Assembly (NCBI GenBank): GCA_001179505.1
Contig: CDMY01000639.1
Location: 1 to 37,639 of the forward strand
Direction: 5' to 3'
Length of the DNA: 37,639 nucleotides
DNA from: Vitrella brassicaformis CCMP3155
Lineage: Eukaryota; Protista; Chromerida
The position numbers and the translations under genes were made by a program. Positions within the stretch are counted from its first letter, which is position 1. Each line of letters starts with the position of its first letter. Shown here piece by piece: positions 12,186 through 22,477 of the stretch. A model generated the notes under the pieces. It was not told the origin of the DNA, did no database searches, and saw only the letters and a program-made list of their open reading frames with translations.

Positions 12186-13099
12186 ATGAACGGCCGCGCT
12201 TGTTTCGGCTTCGGCGTTTTCTTCGTCGTCGGATTGGCTGTTGTGGCGCAGCATGCACTGGCGGTGCTGGAGCCAGCGGACCGAGCGCGTAAGCGCCGCG
12301 CACTCGAGAGCAAACACCTCATGTATCTAATGAGCTTGTTTGCTCTTTCTGTTCCTTGCATGGTTTCTCGTGTTCGCATGCGTCTTCGGCTAGATGTGAT
12401 GGGTGCCATAGCCGTTGACGGTATTCTGGCCACTGGCAACAACTATGGGGAGGGATGCATTTCCACTGCTTCAATTGCTTTCTTCTTGTGTGGTATTATT
12501 ACATATAGGTCAGCAGGAGCAGCTGCCACCGACGAAGATGGAGGCGAGGATGGATTCCGCCAGTGCACCTATCGCGAATGCCAGCATCTTCGCTTCCGTC
12601 GGCTCGCTGGCGACCAACGCGGGTGGGAAGGTCATTGACAGTGCCCATCACTTCCAGCAAGATCAAGCCAGTAACTGTCAGGACTGCAAGCCCGGTGGGT
12701 GCTCATTGCTTCTCTCGCATCTCGCTGTGATGAGCGAGGTTCTGCTGCCTCCTGCCTGTTTGTCTGTTTGTCTGTCTGTCTGTAGAGTGCAAGGTAAGAC
12801 TGCAAAGAAGGGGCACGCGCTGGAGCATCCTATCGGCCGACTATTCGTGCCGGAGGGGTGATATCTGTGAAGTCACCGAGTGCGAAGGAAGGGGCTCCGG
12901 TTGGGGGGTGACAAGGTACACGCTGAAGGGGATATGTATCCACCCCGATCGTGTAGAGGCCAAGTGTCAGAGCATCGATTCTAGGCGCACCTTCGGCGGC
13001 AGTGAGCACCCCTTCTGCGTCTCACAAGACCCCCGCTTTCGCGGCGACGGATGTGGCTGGGCCGAAGACTGGCATGTCGTGTGTCGACGATTGCCATAG
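12186..13099 (+). CDS. Small secreted cysteine-rich protein, function unknown, multi-exon
   Basis: Signal-peptide-like MNGRACFGFGVFFVVGLAVVAQHALA. Later exons join in frame at GT-AG sites: GQQEQLPP...SNCQDCKP|ECK...YSCRRGDICEVTECEG...KGICIHPDRVEAKCQSIDSRRTFGG|NPRFRGDGCGWAEDWHVVCRRLP*. The first exon boundary is uncertain. Confidence 0.55.
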
Positions 13100-13935
13100 C
13101 GTCTCGAGACGGCATTTACTTCTTCATCCACCCACGGTGCCGCCATTGTTCATTCGACCATGTACAAGCCTTGTGTGCGACCATTCTATGACCCTCTCCA
13201 CACTCATGCCCTCCGTCGATGAACCTGTCTATCTGCCTCTTGGCGTGTCCTGTAGCGTGGCGTGGACAGCTGACCGGTAACGTCAGAGAGACCATTGAAG
13301 TTACGGCTGCCTAAGAATTAATGAGTGTCGATGAGTGTGGACAGTGACCGTCCATATTTTACACACACATTGATGTGGATGTGCACAGTTTAATTGAGAC
13401 GGACGAAGACATCCCTTCGTCCCTTTTTCTCTTCCGTTTGTAGTTGTGTTGCGCTCTGTTCCTTTCTCTCCCTCTGACACATTTCAGCGTCGGCGGGCAA
13501 ACACCGGAAGGAATCTCTTTTTTTCCACTTTGGCTCACAGAGGCAGGCAGATCAAACCAAGCCGACTTACACAATACTGTGGGCCTCGGATAAGTGGGGC
13601 GCTGCTAAATGGGAAAAACGTTAAATTGGAAAAATCTGTTTATCCCCTGTTAATGTTGTGCATTTTACAAGCCGGTGTTGACTGTCATCGTGAGCCGTCG
13701 CAATGACCTGCACGTGGGCCAGCGTGCATCGCTGATCACTGTGAACCAAATTTCACCGTCAAGCACCCACAAACAAGCGAGATTGGGGCCGACAAAGCAG
13801 CGTCCCACTTACCCTCAACAGACAGAAGAATGCAGCAAGACACAGCTTTCGCTTTTGTGCACATGCACTTCACATTCGCCGAAGAATGCATGTCACAGTA
13901 ATTTTGCTACGACAAGCAAAAAGAGACCCACGAGT

Positions 13936-15055
13936 CGCCCCCAAGCTCGCACGCGGTCATAAGCATCCGCCAGCGGCGTACTTCGATGCGGCGCTGGTGT
14001 TGGCCGATGTGCTCGCCCGCCACGAAGGCATCGCCTGGATGCCGGTGCATGGGCGCGCCGGGCTGGAGGCGCAGCCATGAGTGCAAGCGATCCAGGCCGC
14101 GTACGACCACCTTCTCGCCCACTATCCCCCATCGCCCCAATCCGACCCCCTGGGCCCTGCCTGACGTCCGCAGCCTCATGCTTCGCCCCGTCGCGGCCTG
14201 CAGTCCAAGCTGACCCAGCGCATGCACCAGCAGGAGTCCGCCTCCCTGCTACTCCCTGCAGGCAGCCCTGGACGCCATGCGTGATGCCGCCGGCCGTCCG
14301 ACGACCGACGGCGCCCGGCTGCAGAGCTGCAAGGGGCCCGGGGCGTCGGGATGGCTGCAAGCTATCCCGACCAGCCCTGCAACGAACGTGCAGTTCCAGC
14401 GGGCCTGACGTGTGGGGCGTGCACGAAGCCCTGCGACCCCCTTGGCGACCACATGCTCAAGTGCCCCAATCGCGGCTACCTCACCAGCCGACACAACACC
14501 GTCCAAGCGACCGTCTATCGCATCTGCAAGGAGGCCCGATGCCCCAGCGTGAAGACCGAGCAGCTTCTGCGTGACCACCAGTGCCCACTCTCGCAAACGA
14601 CCGACAAACAGCGGATGGCCATGCTGATCACTCAGCATGACGGCTCGAAGATCATGGCTGACGTCACCGGCACTCACCCCACCCACGCCGACCGCCCAGG
14701 CGAACCCAGGAACCTCACCAACCAGCGGCCTGGCTCGGCCCTTCGCGTGGCCGAGAAGCGCAAGAGGGACGTGTATGAGGTCGCTTGTGCACGGGGAGGG
14801 TACACGTTTTTGACTTTGGCCTTCGAGTCGTATGGACGCTGGTTTTCGACTATGGAGACTTTTTTGCACAAGCTAGGGAAGGCAGTGAAGGGAGCTCACT
14901 ACAGGGATGACAGGCATTTCTCGACGGGCCGTGTCGTGGCCCGATGGTGGGTCCTCTTGTCGTGTGCAGTCAGGCGTGAGTGTGCTCTTACGGTGCGCGG
15001 CAAGAGTGAGGCCGCCACACCATTCATCCGCCCCTTCCCCAGAGACGAGGTCTGA
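13936..15055 (+). mobile_element. 5'-truncated, frameshifted CRE-like (RLE-type) non-LTR retrotransposon remnant 1
   Basis: RLQSCKGPGASGWLQAIP (~14320-14370) is followed, after a frameshift, by the zinc knuckle CGAC...DPLGDHMLKC...RHNTV and the RLE signature QRMAML...ADVTGTHP...AEKRKRDVY...GYTFLTLAFESYGRW. No RT domain is visible. GT-rich simple repeats follow at 15113-15260. Confidence 0.8.
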
Positions 15056-15112
15056 GGGAGGGGCCCCTATTCACCCCACTAGGTCTTTTCCTCGCCACAC
15101 TGTGCCTTCCAT

Positions 15113-15260
15113 GTGTGTGTGTGTGTGTGTGTAGGGGTGTGAGTGTGGGTGTGGGCGTGGGTATGCGTGTGAGGTATTGGTATTCCTGCGTGTGTGTGTG
15201 TGTGGGTGGGTGGGTGTGCGTGTGTGTAGGGGTGTGAGTGTGGGTGTGGGCGTGGTCTGT
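15113..15260. repeat. GT-rich micro/minisatellite 3' of the retroelement remnant
   Basis: (GT)n runs plus two copies of gtgtgtgtaggggtgtgagtgtgggtgtgggcgtgg. Confidence 0.85.
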
Positions 15261-15904
15261 GTGTCTGTCTTGCCGCCCCTTTGCTTTTCCCTGCGGTGAT
15301 AGGTGTATGGGTGTGCCCTGGGGATGTCTACGGGCCGGCCGCCTGCCGCCCCTCCGCCGTGGATACTGGGGCGGCGGTGCGCTCTCATTCACCCCCAGCA
15401 CCCCGTGCTTGGTTGTTATAAGGGCGTGTTTGTGTGTGACTGGGCGATCTGCACTGGTTGGCCACCTGGGGATGGGCCGTATGTACGTATGGAGTCATGG
15501 TGCACCACGCACGCACGCACGCCGCCTTCAGGTTGCTGGGGTGGCCTGGGGGGGCGCATGTACATTGTGTGCCTGCTCATATGTTGCTGTCGTTCGCAGC
15601 GCATTGCATATCCACCTGTTTCTGCATCTGCCCTCCGCGTGCTGCGTGCTGCGTGTCCGGGTTGCATGTTAGGGTGCTGTTTCATGTTGGACGGACGACA
15701 GGGGACTTGGCCGTCAGGCCGCCTAGGGTGCTCCCTGAAACCGCTGCTGCCTGCCATCAAAACCCTTCGTGAGCCGGACTCGCCGCCCTGGTCATCGCAA
15801 GGTGTCCTGCAGTGCTGCGTGCATCGTCCGAATGAATCCCTTGTGTGTTCATGAGGACGCTCGAATGAATGAATGAATGAACGAATGAATGAAGCTGACA
15901 CTAG

Positions 15905-15958
15905 CCCACACCCCCTTCAAACATGCTCCCTGAAACCGCTGCTGCTTCAAACACATCG
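15905..15958 (+). repeat. Dispersed ~55-bp motif (other copies at 101-162 and, partial, 15726-15750)
   Basis: cccacacccccttcaaaca...cctgaaaccgctgctgcttcaaacacatcg is shared with 101-162. Confidence 0.85.
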
Positions 15959-16110
15959 CACCCAAACGTGTTGCATGTTAGGGTGCGTGTTGCATGTTAG
16001 GGTGCGTGTTGTCATGGAACGAAACGGAGTGCACAAAAGCTCGCGAGTCCGTTCCTAATGATGGCAGCTCCTGACCTTTAAGTTACTTACACTTCCAGAA
16101 GCTAGGAAGT

Positions 16111-17712
16111 ATGCGGACTGTGAGCGCCGTGTGTCTTCTCTTGCTGGTGCATCACTCCTCCTCGTGGACTCCCGGTGAAGTCCAAATCGATGGAGAACCT
16201 TCCGGGGTGATGCGCAGCAATGGAGAACCTCCCGACGGCCACTGCACGAATCGTTCCAGCGCGACGCGTGCCAATCCTTCCAGCGCGAAGCGCAAGATTG
16301 GCTCATTCCCGCCGCCGACCATCTACTTGGCGACGGCGACGGATAGGCACCAGTACGTCGGTCTGCTTGCTCTTCTGCGCTCTCTCTGGAGGCATGTTCC
16401 AGTGCAAAACAAGGTGCATACTTACCTTACAAGAAGTACGAGACTCAGTTTATCACCGTCAGGTTGAGCTACATATATTCGTTGCAAGCCGTGATGTAGA
16501 CTGCGCCGCGAAGCTGATGAAGTGTGCAGAAAGCATTAGCCCCAGCGCTGAGGAAATGAGGAGCGGGGTGTTGATCGCTGGGCACGCAGATCAAGAGATA
16601 AATCAGTGGAGACGAAGAGTCGTGCTTCATGGTGTGTCCCGGCCTAATGTGGCAGGGGGTCGAAAAGGTGACGAGGTAGCAAAGGATCGAAACAAATTGT
16701 GAGGGCCAACGCAACACTTGCATGTGCCATTCAGGTGTTCTTCAACTTCATTCGATTTCATTTGCCTCGATTACTCCCTCCGCCCATCGAGCGCGCCATC
16801 TGGCTTGACGCGGACACCATCATTCAGGTAGCGTTGAAGCCGTCAAGCCACAGCCGTATGCTATGCCTGTCATGCCTGTCAGGGCGATATTTCTGAGCTG
16901 TACTTCGACGCTTTCCGTCAAACTCGGTATCAAGGCCAGGAGGCCGGCCTTGCTGTGGTCCCTCGACGCTTCTCTCGTCACTTCAAACTCAGGTAAAGTC
17001 TTATATATTTGGCGGCTGTGAAAAGTTTTATATTTGGCGCTTGCAGGGAAGCGGTGGGAATCGGTGACTTCCGCAAATTGCGGAAGCACATCTACGTGCC
17101 TGCTGACCTGCAAATGTTCAACGCTGGGGTGCTTGTTTTTAATCTCACTATGTGGAGGCGTAACAAACTCGATGAGAAAGCAGAGGTATTCGCCACAGAA
17201 AAAAGAGAGACACGTTCGCAAGTGGGTGATTCTTGCATGGGTGCAGGGACTGATTCGTCTCCTTCACAGTCTGAACATTACGAGATTTAGCCGCATGTCG
17301 ACAACACAAAGCAGCCAGCTGCCAATGAATCTTCTGTTTTTGAACAGAAATGTAGGTCTGTGACGCAGAACGACTGGGACGCAGACTTTCTTCGTATTCA
17401 TCGATGCAGCTGGGTTTTCTCGACCGAAAGTGGAATTTCATGAACCTGGCTGCCAGCAAAGAGGAGATATCAAGGTACAAGAAAGGCGTATCATGCGTTG
17501 GGAAAAAGGAATAAACATCATGGCCTGTGTCTAGGGGCAAGATCCTTCACTGGGCAGGCATAAAACCATGGATTGCAGCTGGCCGTCATCGCGAGTGGTG
17601 GCTCTCATATCACTCTTCACATTGCTGCCCCGCGATGAACCAGTTTATTCATTACCCATACATGACGCCTCAGGCAAGTATGAAGACACAGGCGGCCGCG
17701 TGCGGATGTTGA
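16111..17712 (+). CDS. GT8 glycosyltransferase (GATL / galacturonosyltransferase-like), multi-exon
   Basis: Signal/anchor MRTVSAVCLLLLVHHSSSW. GT8 motifs in order: IYLATATDRHQYVGLLALLRSL, VFFNFIRFHLPRLLP...AIWLDADTIIQ (DxD), FNAGVLVFNLTMWRR, SSQLPMNLLF, GKILHWAGIKPW. Confidence 0.85.
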
Positions 17713-18650
17713 ATCAAGATACGGACGAGACATAATGGATGGATACACTATATTGGAAGATAAGCCAGAAAGACATGAAAAATCGCAAAATCGCGAAGTC
17801 GAGGCCCGAAGGGCCGAGCCGAGCAAGGAGTAGCCACAGTTTGACCCAAAGGCGGAGCGAACGTGCCTAGAGCGCCGACGGCAGGTCAGTCAATCTGAGT
17901 GATTCATGGGTGATGGAGCGAGGGATGCGGCCGTGAGGCGGCCTAATCAGGTGAGTGACCTGCCTATTACTCAAAATCCCCCACCGCTTCCCTGATACGT
18001 GGTGGTGGTGGTAGTGTAAGATTTGATACGTTGTCACAAATCGACATCACCACCATGAGCACCAGACGTGTGCCATCCGCCAGGGGTAGATGGATGCGTC
18101 GGTGACTGTGAGGCATGGACCAAATGAGACACACGTGAATGAATCAATATCACCCGAGACACGGGGAGTTTCTCCATCCACGCAGCAACCAAACAATCAT
18201 CGTCATCTTTGATCGATGTGTCTGTGCTTGTCCGTCCGTCGGTGAACTATGAGCGCGTACATGCGCCGCAGTCATAGAAATATCCATGGTCACTCATTCC
18301 GTACGCAAGGGGAGGGCTGAGTCTCAGCTAGAAAGTGAGACACCGGAGAGAGCCGCGCCAATGCGAGGGCATGAAGCCGACGAATCGAGCTGGGCTGAGA
18401 GGAGACGCGTCTCATCCTCGTCAGGCCACCCGAGAGCGTTGCAGGAACGTTGCGAATTGGGGAAAAGATGCAGGCGGCATCAGTCCCAGCGCGACGACAT
18501 GGCGGGCCAGCCAAGATCCTCAAGGCTGCCGACCAAGCGTCTCTGCGAATCACTTCATTACAACAGCAGACCAGACCACGGCTCAGAGGCGCTCCCTCCA
18601 CCAGAGCAGTCCTCGCCACTCCACGCTCATCTCTTGTTCGGCCATGAAGA

Positions 18651-18730
18651 GCCCCGACCCAAGTTCCTCCTCGGCATCGGCCCTCACGAGGTGTCAAGGC
18701 CCCGACCCAAGTTCCTCCTCGGCATCGGCC
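18651..18730. repeat. 32-bp exact repeat at 48-bp period
   Basis: gccccgacccaagttcctcctcggcatcggcc at 18651 and 18699. The period keeps frame (PRPKFLLGIG twice, or PDPSSSSASA twice). Confidence 0.85.
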
Positions 18731-21371
18731 AGCCTCAACCCCGCCTCGGCTCTTGGGTGCACCGCACAGACGACCACAGAGGGAACGGAGCGCAAAGGAA
18801 AGCTCCACTCAACAGAGATCCTCTACCCCCCTACCCCCCTGTCACGCAGCGGTTTCAAACCGCATTTTTTCAACATCGCCGCTCTCCAGCGCACAAATTC
18901 ATTCTCGGCGGTCTTACCGAACATTTTCATTCGTTTGATCGCCCGACGCAGTTTTTCATCCTATTTCCTCGACAAGACCGCACATTTTCACTGTCGAGGC
19001 AGCTCTCAAGGGCATCCTGAGGAGCACACATGTGCTGGAGCTTGAAAGAGTGTCTGATCATCATGTACTTTTTCATCTACCTGTCTCTCCACTGCATCTT
19101 TTCAAATGTCTTGCTGTCTCCCACCGCACGTTTGCAATCTTCGCTGCCTCCACCGCATTTTTTCATTTCAGGCGGTTGCCCGCCGCACATTTTCAAAAAA
19201 ACAGACATGCACACCGTTACGTGTCCAAGGGGTAAGATCCTCACAGCCCTTTCGAAGGATTGCCTTCTGCGCGGCGACTCTTCTCCCCACGGGCGTACCC
19301 TTGCACTTACGAAGCCACCGGCGGCGTCCCCGAAGGAACCCGTATCAACGGCAAGACTCAGGCAAGTAAGTCCCGGATCCGTGAGGTCCACCTCCCACTC
19401 AGATGACATCCATCTACCCCAGGCAGCATCCCGCACACGTCTCCGCGCTGACACAGACACACCACGCCACACAAGCACAATCTGTCTATGTCACACCTGG
19501 GCTCTTTGTCGTCGTCCGCCAGGCGCCGAAGCACAAGCAAAGCAAACGACTCGAAGGGAATGAGGCAGCAAGGGGCAACTCTGCGGAGGGAGTCTCCAAG
19601 CAATCACACGCCGAAGACAACACACTCAGCACTTCAACCCGACACGGGAACGAGTCTCTTTGTCCGTCAGAGCACAAGTCGACGGGGGGGGAGGGAAAGA
19701 AAGGAAAATCGACGAAGACAAACACAAGAGAAACTCGAAGGGAAGGTATGAGAGCATCGGAGGCTTCGAAAAAATGCCTTGCTCCTACACTGCCCGTACG
19801 GCGTTATGGCGTTATGTACGCACCCTGTACAACTAGCGCCATGCTTTACAAACAGCGGTTGCAGCGGTTGCATGCAAACGCGTTTCTCGACACAAACTCG
19901 GCCACGGCCAGCCTTCCTTCCTGGCCTGCGCTCTCTTGTCTTCCCTTGTTCGGCCTTCCTTTCGTGAAGTTAGTACATAGGCCTTTCCAAAAGTAAGCAC
20001 CGCACCTGCCCTTTCGTTTCCAAACCCCAATCAAAGCAAACAAGCCGTGTCTCAGACGGCTCTTCAGACAGTCAGTTCGTCACTCAACGAGCGCTCACAG
20101 GCGCAAACCAGTACCAATCGACAAAGTAGGCCCACAGATGGGCGATGGGCGATACTGACTGTACATCGATAAACGAATCCTTCCTTTCCCATCGATTTCC
20201 ATCCATTCCACCCCCAGCCAGTCAGTCAGACAGCCACAAGCAAGCATCATGCAGTACATACATGCAACGACTTCGAGGACGACGGGGCATGAGGGGCAAA
20301 GCTGCAGATATATAGGTTACAGTTATGCAGACAAGCAGAGAATTCAGCCGCCTCCGAGCATTTTGCTGGCGACTGTTCAGTCGCTCCTGGGTGTCGCGTC
20401 TTGTTCAGACGCTCGTCAGGTACGCGAAGGCAGTCACGAAGACACACGAACAGCACGAGATTTCTCCCTGTGCTGTGTGTGCTTCTGCCTCTCAGGTTTG
20501 TGGTTCGTGTGGTGGGCCTGAGATGGCCGACGCGCCCGGCAAGGGCGACTCAGAGGCCGTCAAGGCCGAGGATACGGCGGCGTCAAGGGGTGTGACGGGT
20601 GGCGCGACGGAGGAGGCTCAGCAGCCATCCACCGAGGCGAGTGGCAGTGGTGCTGGCGCTAGCTGGCGCATCAGAGAGCGCGTCGTCAGAGGTGCCCCTC
20701 GGGCCACCCTCTTGATTTGCCAAGTAGATAAGCACTTGTTCAGATGAGAGACAGCCGCGAAGGCAGACGTACGTATGCGTTGGGACATCGAGACACGATG
20801 AAGTGAAAGAGCCAATACCAACGCAACGAATGCATTGATATATCCAGGTCAATCACGCATCGGTCTGTCATGATAACGCAGAGACACGGCAGAAGAATTT
20901 GGTGGTGGGGGGGCGTCACCGCACCACAACGTATTAATTCATCATTTCTCTTCGACTGATATCAATGTCTCCGATGTCTCCCAGATCTAATCTTTGTCCA
21001 ATGTTCACAATGCATCGATGTAAACCAATGTCTCGCTGCAAGTTTTACTAAGGATTTACAAGGAGAGGTGGACGAAATAAAGATCCGAAGGTGGCTTCTG
21101 GGCACACATGGCGGGTTCACAACTGCGAGAACGACCCGCCCCTCTCCCCACGTGTATTGTGGACGACGTGTGTGCACCGCGACAGCCGCAGACGACGCGT
21201 TACGCATCGGACATTCATTGCTTGTACGTTGAGTCACCCACTCTCGTCCCCTGATCCAAAAGATCCATGCACATCATGTATACACAAACATACGCATCTG
21301 CATGGCCTCCTGAGACCCACGGACACCTCACCGACTGCCTGCTTGTCCCTCTGGTTGATTCATTCATTGTT

Positions 21372-22065
21372 TTCTACCAGCAGGAGGCCGCCCGCCTCAG
21401 CTTCGAGATTTTCCGATAACGCACTTGCCGACAGATCTTGAGGGAGACAGGGGGAGGGAGAGAGAGGGAGGGAGGCCAACATGACACACATCCATCCATC
21501 CATCCATCCACCCATCGCTCTCTCTCGACTGCAAACTCAGAGGCTCTGTTCAACGGCCACCTTGTACACGCCAGGTACATGTACTGGGGCCTTCCCATGG
21601 ATTTCCAGGCCAATTGGCCAAGGAACCGATAGCGATTTTGTGCCGATGGTTCTCTGGAACGTCACGTCGACCTACCAACATCTCCACATACAGCAATGGT
21701 TGTCAGTTCTCTCACTGTCACCGTCTCTTCCACTCACTCAATCACTGACTGCACCGTTTCCACCGCTCAGACGACGCCCTGATGGACCAGGAGGACGACG
21801 AGCGGGAGCTTTTCTGCACGCCTCACGGGTCCATGAGACGTGGATGAGCTCCTCTCCTGACATCCCCTCATCCACGTCTCATGCACGCCTTTATGCGTCT
21901 GCTGGAGCACGTCCTTCGGCGTGTCGCGCAACGCTGCCCCGCCTTCCTCAAGCACCTGGACTAGTGGCTGGACGAGTGCGGCTTTCCGCCCTACTGTCGG
22001 TTCGCTTGCCAGACGAGAATGTCAACAGCTTCATGGACCAGCTTCAGAAGCTCATCTCAGTATAA
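21372..22065 (+). pseudogene. Possible decayed multi-exon gene
   Basis: Protein-like frames follow plausible acceptors (QEAARLSFEIFR*, EALFNGHLVHARYMYWGLPMDFQANWPRNR*, DDALMDQEDDERELFC...RRG*...RLMHAFMRLLEHVLRRVAQRCPAFLKHLD*WLDECGFPPYC) but are broken by TAA, TAG and TGA stops. No family recognised. Confidence 0.3.
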
Positions 22066-22477
22066 GGCCGATCAGAAGAAGACCACGAGAATCACCACGC
22101 CCGTTTGTCGACGTTGGTGTCTCTTTGTGTACTTTCGGAACTTTCGGAACATGTGTGTGCGTCTGTGTGCGTTTGTGCAGGTTGAGTGTGATGGACATTC
22201 CTGCTTTGTTGTATGCAGCGGCCGTGCTCGCCATGCAACTGATTCGTGGACTTCCGGCAGAACGTGCATTCACTCATCCTTGCGGCGGCGACAGGCTGGC
22301 CAGAGAGAAGCATGACAAGGGCTCTTGCCCGGGTAGAAATGCGCGATAGACTCTTCTGTTGTTGTTGTTGATTCTTTATTTTATAATTTTCAGGGGAGGA
22401 GAGGGGGGGAGCGGGCGAAGCCTGATAGATTTTCGCCTGCGGACAAAGCCTATTTCCCATGCCAAAAAAAAAAGTCC

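Noticed and set aside
15968-16005. Interstitial telomere (TTAGGG within a 19-bp repeat)
   Set aside because: There is only one hexamer per unit and no tandem telomeric array.
18286-19020. 244-aa ORF with PRPKFLLGIG twice, resembling a peptide precursor
   Set aside because: It has no signal peptide or dibasic processing sites, and the repeat is explained by a 48-bp local duplication. Not supportable as a gene.
19500-21200. Exon-like segments (APKHKQSKRLEG..., MADAPGKGDSEAVK..., EVDEIKIRRWLLG...)
   Set aside because: These are low-complexity pieces with no supportable gene model.
21372-22065. Stop-codon reassignment or selenocysteine readthrough
   Set aside because: The in-frame stops are a mix of TAA, TAG and TGA, and neighbouring genes end at standard stops. 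Pseudogene decay is the simpler explanation.
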